Source of the DNA: Folioceros fuciformis
Lineage: Eukaryota
Assembly: GCA_049999805.1 (NCBI GenBank)
Contig: JBNGIO010003129.1
Coordinates: 1-34,151, forward strand
Direction: 5' to 3'
DNA: 34,151 bases
This document shows, one piece after another, positions 1-10,271 of the stretch (positions are counted from its first letter, which is position 1; every line of letters starts with the position of its first letter). The notes under the pieces were generated by a model, which saw only the letters and a program-made list of their open reading frames with translations, was not told where the DNA came from and did no database searches. The translations under genes and the position numbers were made by a program.

Positions 1-560
1 GGTGCTTCGCGCGCGTGTACTATGTGACATGCGCCACACACAAGGGCACAATGATCGCGGACGCAGTGCGTGTCGGAGGAGCTTCCACGCTGCGTAGGTG
101 GGGACCAACGCAAATTGGGGGAGGTTTGCCACCGGGCGCCTGCTCTTCTAGGGGCACGCGCAGCCTCGTAGGAGAGATGCGCTGCGTGATCAGATGATTG
201 ACCTTCAATGGGGAATTCCCTGAAAGATTTACATCTGTGTCTGCCCCTAGAAGTTGCGCTGCGTCTCGGCATGATTCCAGAATTCCTCTAGGCGCATCTG
301 CATGGCTCTGATACCATGTCAGATACCATGTCAGAGATATAATCTTGAGAGTAGCGTGCAAAATAGATGCCTTTTTATTTTACGTGGAGAGTGTCTTGTG
401 ATAATGATAATAAGTACCAGCAGCCACCCTTGTTTAATAACTGCCTACATATCCTGCGAAACGATCTACCATCCATGCCGTTCCACCGGCCGCATCGTTT
501 CGGTTGGGTTTAATTAATATAATATATTTATGCCTAAGGATGCAAATATCTATCCTAACA
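1..560 (-). mobile_element. 5' end of an LTR retrotransposon (LTR + tRNA-Met PBS + leader), running off the left edge of the window
   Basis: GCTCTGATACCA at 305-316 is the minus-strand PBS TGGTATCAGAGC. The adjacent LTR reads TGTTAGG...CTGACA on minus (329-560). It interrupts the gag reading frame at 560/561. Confidence 0.8.
329..560 (-). repeat. 5' LTR (~232 bp)
   Basis: TG...CA termini, next to the PBS. The inner end could be 317 because of a 12-bp duplication. Confidence 0.7.
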
Positions 561-2989
561 GGCTGTAAGCGCGCCCAGCTGTGAAGATAACGTTGCAACA
601 GTGGCTTCTAGGGCAGATACCTTCTCTGCATTGGATGCAGCCTTAGCTTTGGCCTTGTCCCTTTGCTGTCCGCTGCATGAGATCCCAACCCTAATACCAG
701 CTTCTGTGGTAGCTATACCTCCAGCATCGACTGCTGTAGTCCCTGTCCCGCTGCTTACATTTTTCTGAGATCTTCTCTCTGGATGCTTCTGAAAACATAT
801 TGTGACCACATGTCCATTCTTGTGACAATGTGTACAGTACAAGCCTTCCGGTGGGCATTTGTAGGCTGGGCTCATATGCTCAGAATTGCCACAGTAGTTC
901 CACAAAGAAGCAACTGTACCTGCAGCTGCTGCAGCCTTGACAGGCTTGGCCTGCTGTGACTTGGCCCATGAACCTATTGCAGTAGACCCCTTGGTGGAGA
1001 ATATAGACTAGTAATGAGTAAATGCCTTGGAGTGTCGTGAGGCATATGCAGAGAAAGTGATCTCCTTGCGTTCAGCTTCTTCATGTACTTGCTCCAAGGT
1101 ATATGTCGCGCAGCAGCCGCATAGCTGCATGCCTACCTAGCCTATCTACCAAGCTAGGTCACTAAGCTTCCGCCTGCCTGCGATCTCCTTGGCCTTCGGC
1201 CCAGGAGCAACAATCCTAGCCTTAATTTGTCCTTGACCTATGGCCAAGAGCAAGGCTACAAAAAGAGACTAGGTTTGCCTAAGAGAGGCAGACCCGGGAC
1301 CCGTCAACAGGTGAAATCAAGCTGGAAAATTCTCCCAACCTGGCAATGCAACGAACCACAAGAACCTCTAGGAGACAAAGACACAGCAGGGACGAAGTAT
1401 GGCTGTCTATTGGAACAAGACAAACATCAACAATCCGAGAATCCATGGCTGGGTGCCTACATATATAGGCAAAAACCCCCAGGAGTTCTCGATGAAGTGT
1501 CCACCCGTATCGATGGTAGGCACTTTATAATCCTACTTTCCTTGATTTATGATTTTTATGTATTTTCTAATATCTTCTAATATAAATCTGCTATCTATAT
1601 ATGCGGCATAGCACCGCGCCTTTCATGCACAACCATGCATATAGGTTGCATGCGCCATGACACATCACTTGCCACATGTCCACATACATCACATGTCATC
1701 CTTCATCTCCATATGCATGCATACATGGCACACATGCATATATGGCATACATGTCATGTGCAGGCCATCCATGGGCCATGTACATGACATCATCAAGCAC
1801 TTCAGCATCAGGGCTTATGCCCGAGATGCTCTAGTCAGTATCTAGTTATTTCAGCATTCAGGGCTTATGCCCAGGATGCTCTAGTCAGTATCCAGTCATA
1901 GAGTCTTAGGTGCTCTGTTTCCCATACAGCAACAGCATGACATATACCTATCACCATATTTATCCACCAATGCTTTGATCACCTGAAAGCGAAAGAATGG
2001 GTCTCATTCCAAGGCTATTAGGAATTTCTTCGCTGCCTCCTGGTCCGTTAGCATCCCTGTGCCCTCACGTAGCTTCTGCAGCCTACGGAACGCCATCCAC
2101 ACGGTTTCTCCCTTCTTCCTAGCGAAAGGTGCCAGCTCTGCAATTTTCTCCGGAGTCTTCAATGGGAAGGCTTTAACCAGAATCCCATGAATTCTTCGAT
2201 GGGGTTGGCATACTTAGGAACCTGTAGCTCATCACGTATGCCCACAGTGGCTGCTATCCTTTCATCTTGTGTAAGAGTCACGACCGTTGGGGGTGGCACT
2301 GTTGGTGCCACCGTGGTTGCAACAATGGCCTGCTAATGGCCCTGAATGGCTGCAGCCAGCTTGGCATTGTAAGCCAGCTAAAGAGCCTCCTGGACCCTTG
2401 GATTAGGCGTGGACACCATGGCTGTGAGCTTAGCCTAATGCAGCTCATAAAGGTCCAAAGCTTCATCTGTCAGATAACTTGAAAGCTGCTCGAACATATA
2501 CAAATGGTTGTAAGCTCCAGCATGCTTGAATTTTACCCGACTGATGACAGCATTGAGGTGCAGTCTGAAATCCCGCAAAGTCTGTGTCCCTGGTCTCCTG
2601 GAGAATCTCTCCTGCTTGTAAGGTGCTCCTCCCTCCATGGATCCAGTATCCGAATCCTTTGAGAGGTCTGCCCGACCTTGAGACCCTACCCTTGCAGTTG
2701 TGACTACAGGACAATTGAAACCAGCTCCTTGGCTTCCCAAAGGAACTGTGGGGGCAGCTGTGGCTGTCAAGCCCACAAACGGAGACCAACTCTCGATCTC
2801 TGGTTCCTGCTGGTCTACAGCACTTGGCCGAGCTTGATGGTCCTCTTGGACCTCTTCCTCCCAAGACAAATGTCGGTGAAGTGCAGCTCTCCTCCTCCTG
2901 GCTCATCCACGCTCCGGTGTAACCCTAGCAGGGGCGGTCCTCGATCGCAGATTATAACGTGCGCTGCCTTCAGGCTCCTCGGGTTGCAT
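561..2989 (-). pseudogene. Gypsy-like gag pseudogene (capsid-like region + zinc knuckles), interrupted by a solo LTR
   Basis: ATG at 2989 opens MQPEEPEGSARYNLRSR..., in frame with ORF 2435-2869 (…RDFRLHLNAV…LSSYLTDEALDLY). CCHC knuckle CTHCHKNGHVVTIC lies in ORF 555-905. The frame is restored across 1104-1942 (…KYGDRYTLEQVHEEAERKE). Several in-frame stops. Confidence 0.75.
1104..1942 (-). mobile_element. Solo LTR (839 bp) with 4-bp TATA target-site duplication
   Basis: TGTCG...TGACA termini with TATA at 1100-1103 and 1943-1946. Removing it restores the host gag frame. It has a CATG-rich array (~1620-1790) and a ~50-bp tandem duplication (~1801-1900). Orientation is inferred from a TATA-like GCCTATATAT on minus. 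Confidence 0.8.
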
Positions 2990-2995
2990 AACCCA

Positions 2996-4101
2996 TGCAA
3001 CAACTCGCACACAAACGACCAATTCTCAACGAGAGGTGACATGCAAGCACACCTATTAGAGAACCCTAGATGCCTCCCTAACACAAAACAGAAAGCACAA
3101 CTGCTCTAGATCTAATCATGCTACAACACCCACAATTCCCTATGTCTACCCTAGGATTTAGGAACACAACACAGCAAAACTCCAGCTTACATGTGAAGAT
3201 TGCAGCACGCGGCCTCGCTCACTTGCGATGCCAGATCAAAAATCAAAACAAATGCAGCAAGAGCAAAACCTTGTTGTCCGAAACTTTCAAATGTAGTTAA
3301 TCCCTAGATAGGGCTCCAAATCGCACAAAAAGCATACCAAACGGCTTGCCTTGACAAGACAAGTCAAATGGTATAAGAATCAATGGCAACCAGTCTGTAA
3401 TGCGAGCGCTATGAGCCCTGGAAGGTTGGTAGCCCTAAACTTGTTAAGTCAGCGTTGCAGCTAGCGAGACAGGGAGGATGGCGCCTTGCTGTAGGTGCTT
3501 CACCACCTCCTCTAAGACTAGTCACACTCAAATCTTGCAGCTAGTCGTCGAAGTGACATGGAATATGCTCAGACGTAGGTTTCTGGACGTTTTTGTTGGA
3601 AGAACTTGATTAACAGGCTGCCTATGCCAGGCAACTTGGAGTCGGGTAAATCAAACCAGGTGCTGCAGCGAGATATGAAGAACATCAATCCTTACAACTC
3701 TTGAGCCCAAATATAGCTGGAACAACAAAAGCAATTGAGTTTCTAAGATAGCGGCAGGCACTCTCCCTTGGTGCGAATTCGACGACTAGCGGCCTCCATC
3801 TCCATCTCTAGGGTTTAGCGTGGCAGCCATGGCTGACGTCAGCGATTCTGGTGCGTGCTTGCCTCTTTGAGTCATGCTCATTTGGTTGAGCTCACACTCT
3901 CAGTGCGGGCTCACAGGTTTAAGCAGGGCAACTGCAAGCATGCCCTAATCCACGTTCTCTAGTTTTTGGTGTTTACTAATTACCGTTTAGCGTTTTCTAA
4001 TCGCCAACATTTAAATGACATTATCCTAAACTAATACTTATTTAAAGGATAATTGTTTCACGCTGCTTACTCAACCTTAAGCTCACCTTGGTATCGTGAC
4101 A
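2996..4101 (-). repeat. Probable 5' LTR of the Gypsy-like element
   Basis: Begins TGTCACGATACC on minus at 4101, has a TATA-like CTTAAA near 3920, and lies directly upstream of gag. The inner boundary (~2996, ...GTTGCA) is uncertain. Confidence 0.5.
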
Positions 4102-5604
4102 ACCTTGAGTTATCAAGACTTAGGGTGGTTTTACATTAGACTGGTGGTGGCCTCGTGCAAGATAGCCATTGTCTAGACAGTCATAACGCGTTTTACATGC
4201 ACAGGTGGTGTCGTTGTCAGCAATCTGACTTGGAAATACCGTGGTGCCAATGTGGCCGGGTCTGACAATGTCAGATCCCCACCTACTCTTTGAGGCTGGT
4301 GGGGCCTGACACCCTTTAGTCCTGACAGCTTCCACCAAATGGACAACAACATCTGCACCATTGTTTACACGTGTGGTAGATTTTTCATTTTTATCTACTA
4401 GTAATGGTTGATTTACTATGATTGATAGGGTTTCGGTTGATGGGGAGTTCGTTTCCAATCACGACGCGGGTTTCCATTGTCCTTGCGCTAGCCTACATTT
4501 CACAAAGGTGGACCAGCCCGCTCACCATACACAAGACTCAATGATTGATGACGTCCCCCCTCAGCAGCCAGCCCCCTACCACACCCCAGGCATGGCCAGC
4601 AATTGTGCCTCCATCTTCGGGCTTGTAGCCCTTATTGGCAAGTTCAAATTTCATATGCTCGTGTTTCTCACTCCAGCTATGTTGTTGCAGCCTCCTTCGC
4701 CATACCTACCCCTCACCAATAGTGGAGAAATTTTGAGCCTCCAAACTCGGTTGTGGCTACGTTAGGTACTGAATAGGTTTTCAGTGTATTTGTTCAGTAT
4801 GGTTGACTCAACACATTTTCATTGCATTTGTCAGCTCTCGCAAGTTTGGACCCCTTTCGTCGAGCCTCCAACGAGTCCTTCCAAAACTATGTGTTTACTC
4901 CCTTGCATCCCTCTTTAGCCCCAAATCTGATGATGTATTCAGCCCCCCCTCCCATGCAACCTTTTGGTGTCTCCCCTCCAAATGCTACTATGCCCTTACC
5001 TTTTCCCATGACACTTTCCATATGTGTAGGCTCCACCCAGGCCATATGCAATATTTAATTTGGATACAACACTCCCTTCCTCAAACCGGGCCAGGAAACG
5101 TAGCTTGCTATCCAAGGGTGCGTCCAAACTTCTAGATACGTACATTGACCTTATGGAAAAAAAGCTAAATCCAAGGAGGAAAGTCCACCATATTGTGCAA
5201 TTGATACATGTCAGGGTTCATTAGATGTTAAGTTCAACAAAGGAAGAAAGCAAGGTGAGCATCTTAGGGTGTCGTGTTTGATTTATGCAACTTTAAGCTT
5301 CTAGCCTCAGGCTTCGTAACTTTTGGCTTATGCTTTTTGATGTGCAGGCATTGACATTTGGGGCAAAGTAGAAACTAGAATTTTGTTAATATTCTACAAC
5401 TTTGATAAAACTGCTGAAGCATGCCAACAAAAGTGGAAGTCCATTTATAACGAATACAAAGAGGACAAAGCAGCCAATGCCACTTCAGGGAATGCCAGGT
5501 CTGAGACTTGTTAGTGGTTTGATTTGGTGGACCAGTACATGCATTCAAGGGCTCATGTAGTTTGTTTGACACATGCCAATTTGCATAACCCGCTAGTGGG
5601 AGGT

Positions 5605-5775
5605 TGTTTGTTTTTATATCATGCATTTTTCTAGGAAAAAACATAATACAATAGAGAGTATATTTCAATTAAGTAAGAGCACTTATATACAAAACTAATG
5701 TGTCTTTTGAGTTTAATAGCTAACCCCTAGTTAAGTAACTAAGGTATAAACAATGTTAGGGTTTCACTCCTAACA
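5605..5775 (-). repeat. 3' LTR (171 bp)
   Basis: Direct repeat of 9590-9760, TG...CA, preceded on minus by PPT GGTTTAGTGGGAG. Confidence 0.95.
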
Positions 5776-5871
5776 CTCCCACTAAACCAACATAGTTTAT
5801 ACAACCATCGAAGGTTCACGAGCATCATTGTTGAACGTTCAGCGCAAAGTCGTACACTCATTAAACTCGGC

Positions 5872-6770
5872 ATGGAGCTCTTGACCTACTTACTCATATG
5901 CCGCGCTTGTTATCTGCTCAGCAAACCAATTCCTTGCTTAGACCTAAAGATGAAGACTCACTCCGGCGATGCAAGTCGCTCAGGAGCCTCCAACGGCGCC
6001 AGCCCCATTCAGAGTCCTCGGCGCATCAGTATGAAGAAAACAAGCAGCAACAGTGGAAGTGGAGCAAGAGGTCGTTCTGCAACGCACAGAGCAATACACC
6101 AAGTTGCTATGGCTGCACTTGAAGCCCTACCAATCGACGAACGCCTTCCAATGAGAGCCCTACCATCAGCCCCAGTAATAGTCGATCCGGAGTCTTCAGA
6201 GTCTGAACCCGAAATGACCCACGTCGACGAGAACTCGGAAGCTAAGGAAGAATTCTCCAGCCACCATGCCGGAGAAAAAGAGGTAGCTCCCACTATATCT
6301 GTATTGGAGCAGCAAGTCGCAACTATCATGGCAACTCTGGCAGAGATGGAGGTGCAACTAGATACGAAGAAGACTGAGGTGATTAGGCAAAAGGCAGCTC
6401 TGGTTGAAGAAGCCGTGGCAAATTCAACTGCAGCCGCCAACAGAGCATTCTTCGACATAGCTAGGACAAGCGAGACTGTATCATGTGCACGCACTGAAGC
6501 CGTCTATGCCTCCTTTGTGGGAAGAAGCTTAAAGAGGTGAGCTTCTTAGCTAAATCTACTCCACGCCATGTCTGTGTTTTGATTCCAAGTTCTAGCTTCA
6601 TCCTCCATACATGCATGTAGATACGACTAACCTATGACCTGACCTTCACTTGCAGGATGGCAGTAAGCCTGAAGCTGCTCCTCGTCATATCAATGGTAGT
6701 GGCCACTAAGTTGCACACATACTATGTGAGAATATCAGCAATCTTCAGTTTCAGCCATAGACCTGCTTAG
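5872..6770 (+). CDS. Antisense accessory ORF of the Copia element; unknown protein with a disordered/acidic N-half and a coiled-coil
   Basis: Uninterrupted 222-codon ORF 5872-6540 (second ATG at 5950). Candidate intron 6537-6655 (GTGAGC…GACTAAC…TTGCAG) would add an exon ending at TAG 6768-6770. Confidence 0.6.
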
Positions 6771-6775
6771 AACAA

Positions 6776-8555
6776 TCAGTTTGATTTCTTAGAGTAGCTG
6801 AACTCCTTCAGACCTAAGGCAGACATATGCTGAAAATGCTTGGCCTTTGTGAGCCCTTTTGTGAAGATGTCTGCTGGATTTTGATGAGTGCTGATATATT
6901 GTATCTTGATAGCTCCTCGCTCTGCTACATCCCGGATATAGTGATGGTACAACTCAATATGTTTTGTACGTGCATGAAACCTAGGATTAGAGACAAGAGC
7001 TATAGCACTCAGATTGTCACAATGAAGCAATGTAGGCCCTTTTTGAGTTTGATTTACTGACTCTAAGAATTGTCGTTGCCATTCAGCCTCCTTGTAGGCA
7101 TCTGTAAGAGCTTTGTACTTTGCCTCAGTAGAGGACATGGCAAGGGAGGTCTGCTTTTTACAGCTCTAGCTAACAGATCCTAAGGACAGCATGAAATAGT
7201 ATGCCGACAAGCTCCTTCGAGTGTCAACATCAGACGCCCAGTCAGCATCAGCATAAGAGATAAGTGTTAAGCTGTTGCTCCCACTGAATGTGTAGTGTAG
7301 ACCATACGAGATGGTTCCTTTAAGGTATCTATATATGTGTTTACCAGCTGCCTAGTGTAACCATCCAGGTTGTTTGGGAAATTGAGAAGCCTGACTGACT
7401 GCATAACTAATGTCTGGCCTTGTCCAGTTGGCAAGAAAGATCAAGCAACCCAGAGTTTCAGCGTAAGGCACAAGACTCAAGTCAGAAACCTCATTCGGAC
7501 TCTGAGGCAACATAGCTTGTGTCAACTTCTCCCCCACAGCTGATGGTGTGGTAACGGGACGAGCTGCATTAAGATTGAAGCGTTTCAAGATTTCCTTAAG
7601 GTACTTGGTCTGATGGAGTATGATCTAACTGGCTTGCCTGTTTTTAAGGATCTGAATTCCCAAACAAAACTGAAGTTCTCCCTGGTCAGTCATTTTGAAC
7701 TCTTTTCGTAATACGCCTTTAACTTTGTCCATCTGACCTATTAAAATCCTAGTAGTAGGATTGCATCTAATCTAGCATGATTAGGATTGCATCTAGTCTA
7801 GCATGATCAAGATGCAATGCTGAAAGAGATATTTCGTGTTAGTCTTTTAAAAGTGTATACAAAGCGTGTCTTAAATAGTGTCACTAGGTGTCTCTTCCGA
7901 AGAGGCACACCCGTTCGTAATTATTAAATACTGTTAATTACGGTCTACGGTAACTAGCTGGTCAGCAAGGTTACGAGCAGATTATCCATTTCGTAACATG
8001 ACCTAGGTCATTACTGAGCAATACGCAGTCATCGACATACAAGGCCAAGATGACAAACAAGGCTCCGGAAGACAGAGAGAAGACATTGGTATCCACTGGA
8101 CTTTGAAGAAAACCCAACTTATAAAGGTACTAGATAATTCTTTTATACCAAGCTCGGGGACTTTGCTTTAATCCATAGATAGTCTTCAGCAAGTGACATA
8201 CTTTCTGAGCATCCTTCTTACTGACAAATCCTTCTAGTTGCTGCGTATACAGAGTTTCCTCAAGTTCACCATGAAGAAAAGTAGTGCACACATCCATCTA
8301 GTGCACCTCCACGTTGTATTCAGCAACCATCGCCAGCAGAATGCGAATGGAAGGGGGCTTAACCACCGGGGAAAACGTTTCACCATAGTCTATTCCAGGT
8401 ATCTGGCTGAACAATCTAGCTACTAATCTGGACTTGTAGCGGGCAATAGTCCCATCAGACCTCAAACTTGGTCTTGAAGACCCATTTGCAGCTAATAGGT
8501 TTTCTTCCAGCTGGTAGGTCAACAAGCTCCCATGTTCGATTATTAATAAGACTGT
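6776..8555 (-). pseudogene. Copia reverse transcriptase + RNase H, degenerate
   Basis: Motifs TWELVDLP, YKSRLVAR, IDYGETFSPV, YGLKQSPRAWY, LYVDD, TRPDISYAV, YADADWA, SSTEAKY, CDNLSAI, RTKHI, NPADIFTKGL. Several stops and frameshifts. Confidence 0.95.
7739..7998. mobile_element. Solo LTR (260 bp) inserted in the RT just downstream of YVDD
   Basis: TGACC TSD at 7734-7738 and 7999-8003; ends TA(=TG mutated)…TAACA. Removal restores YVDDCVLLSNDLGQMDKVKG. Confidence 0.85.
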
Positions 8556-8889
8556 TATTATTTATTATTATATATCTTTAATTAATATTAAACTAATCAC
8601 TAAACCTAGACTCAAACTTTCCCAACCCTATGGCCCGGTACCGGACCTAAACTTTCCCAGGTCTGGAACCAAACCTGTACCCACTCTAATAACCAAACCA
8701 ACTATTTCCTAGTTAATTAACCTAATTAGTACAAAGAAAAATAGGAAAAATGACCAGAAATTAAAGAAAAATTAGGGAAAAGAAGTAGAAAAAGAAAACC
8801 AAACCATACCACTATTAACCCTTTTCAACCGAAACAAACTACTACCCCAAACTTTGGAGGTTCAGAAAGCACATTGGGCTTTAATAACC

Positions 8890-9468
8890 CTACACTTCTC
8901 TCGTAGGAACAAGTGTTCCCAGATACAATGCCGCTAATGGCTGCAATCCAAAGATTGGGGCTGTAGGATTTTTAATTGAGGGATTAGAAATATTATTTGC
9001 CACTGAAAGCATTTCTTTCCGAACCGCTTCAACGTCAGTAGAGATTTCAACTAGGAAGGGTGAGGTGTTCGCCACAAAATGCACCAACACCGATTCCAGA
9101 ACTTCCAGGCGCCTCAATATTCTATCAATTGAGCATGAATTGGTGGAGAAATACTGAGATTCTGTAAAATTCTCCACTCCAATGTCTGAGGATGACCGCA
9201 CATCATCGTCGCCATCTCTTTGCTGAAAACGTGATAGGATTCTCTCCATATGAGTTTGAACTCTGTTCTCATAATAAGTGGGATTAACCAACGCCTGTTC
9301 AATAAAGAATCTGCGCATACTAGTTCTCAATTCATCTATGTGTAAAATCTAGCCTTCAGAGATCAAATCATTATAACATTGTAGAATATATTGATCCCTT
9401 GATAATCTAGAAGAAGCTGACGATAGTGTTGAATTTCTATCATCTCGTCTACCATTTCTTTTAGTCAT
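8890..9468 (-). pseudogene. Upstream accessory ORF ('ORF0') between PBS and the deleted gag; 192 codons with one internal stop
   Basis: ATG at 9468 gives MTKRNGRRDDR…EG*ILHIDE, in frame with ORF 8890-9330 ending PLAALYLGTLVPTREV. Homologous to 29772-30342. Confidence 0.75.
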
Positions 9469-9577
9469 ATTTCAAAGAGAAGATAGCTATAATTCATTTA
9501 GCTATAATGATGATTTCTAGATCAAGCATTGGAAACAATTGCCCAACCTAGATACTAGACAAATAATCATCATTAAT

Positions 9578-9589
9578 GCTCTGATACCA
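9578..9589 (-). promoter_or_regulatory. Primer-binding site (tRNA-iMet)
   Basis: TGGTATCAGAGC on minus, immediately after the 5' LTR. Confidence 0.95.
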
Positions 9590-9760
9590 TGTTTGTTTTT
9601 ATATCATGCATTTTTCTAGGAAAAGACATAATACAATAGAGAGTATATTTCAATTAAGTAAGAGCACTTATATACAAAACTAATGTGTCTTTTGAGTTTA
9701 ATAGCTAACCCCTAGTTAAGTAACTAAGGCATAAACAATGTTAGGGTTTCACTCCTAACA
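9590..9760 (-). repeat. 5' LTR (171 bp)
   Basis: Direct repeat of 5605-5775, followed by the TSD. Confidence 0.95.
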
Positions 9761-10271
9761 GAGGTTGCAGTTCCAGTAATGTTGATCCCGAAGTTGACAT
9801 TGCAAGTGCTAATAGACAAAGTAATGGTAGCAAAGCTTTTAGTGTTGGAAATAAACCAAGTTAGCTGTTGCTTTCGAGGCAAGTTATGTAAATAAGGCTA
9901 TTCAGTCCATGGACAACATGATAGCGGAGATGTCTAGTAGGGAGGATAGGAAGCTTGCACTACTAGAGACGGAGATATCTAGTAGGGAGGATAGGAAGCT
10001 TGCACTACTAGAGACGTTGGTTGCAGCACTAGTGCAACGCAATGAGGATAGCTACAATTCTATGCTGTAGAATTGTGATCGATTTGTTGTTTAAGCCTTG
10101 GACAAACTTGAATGACATAGACGTTTAAGACAAGGCATGTTCTGGATTGCACACGTCGTGGACGGCTATCTTAAAAGTAACATGCTCTTATTTCATATTC
10201 TTCACCATCCCCCTCTACCAAATAGATGCCCCTACTTGCAAATAGCGCAAATGCAAGAAGCTCTTGCTTTC

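Larger units (their letters stand above)
5605..9760 (-). mobile_element. Ty1/Copia LTR retrotransposon, internally deleted (no gag/PR/IN), with two accessory ORFs
   Basis: 171-bp LTRs at 5605-5775 and 9590-9760 (2 mismatches). GAGGT TSD at 5600-5604 and 9761-9765. PBS at 9578-9589, PPT at 5776-5788, Copia RT and RNase H remnants. Confidence 0.95.
5150..10070 (+). pseudogene. Harbinger Myb/SANT-like (trihelix) DNA-binding protein, split by the Copia insertion
   Basis: Intron 5255-5347, then GIDIWGKVETRI…KTAEACQQKWKSIYNEYKEDK…SGNARSETC*WFDLVDQYM. It resumes after 9765 with a coiled-coil tail ending at TAG 10068-10070. The start is not defined. Confidence 0.8.

Noticed and set aside
90-135. Minus-strand frame PVANLPQFALVPTY after the first PBS resembles the ORF0 LVPT motif
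   Set aside because: Only four residues match, the frame has many stops, there is no MT.R.GRR start, and the LTR is different. Could be chance.
6009-6494. 161-aa minus-strand ORF as a sense env-like gene
   Set aside because: Non-ATG start, and it is the codon-aligned shadow of the + strand ORF, which has the splice signals and a more protein-like composition.
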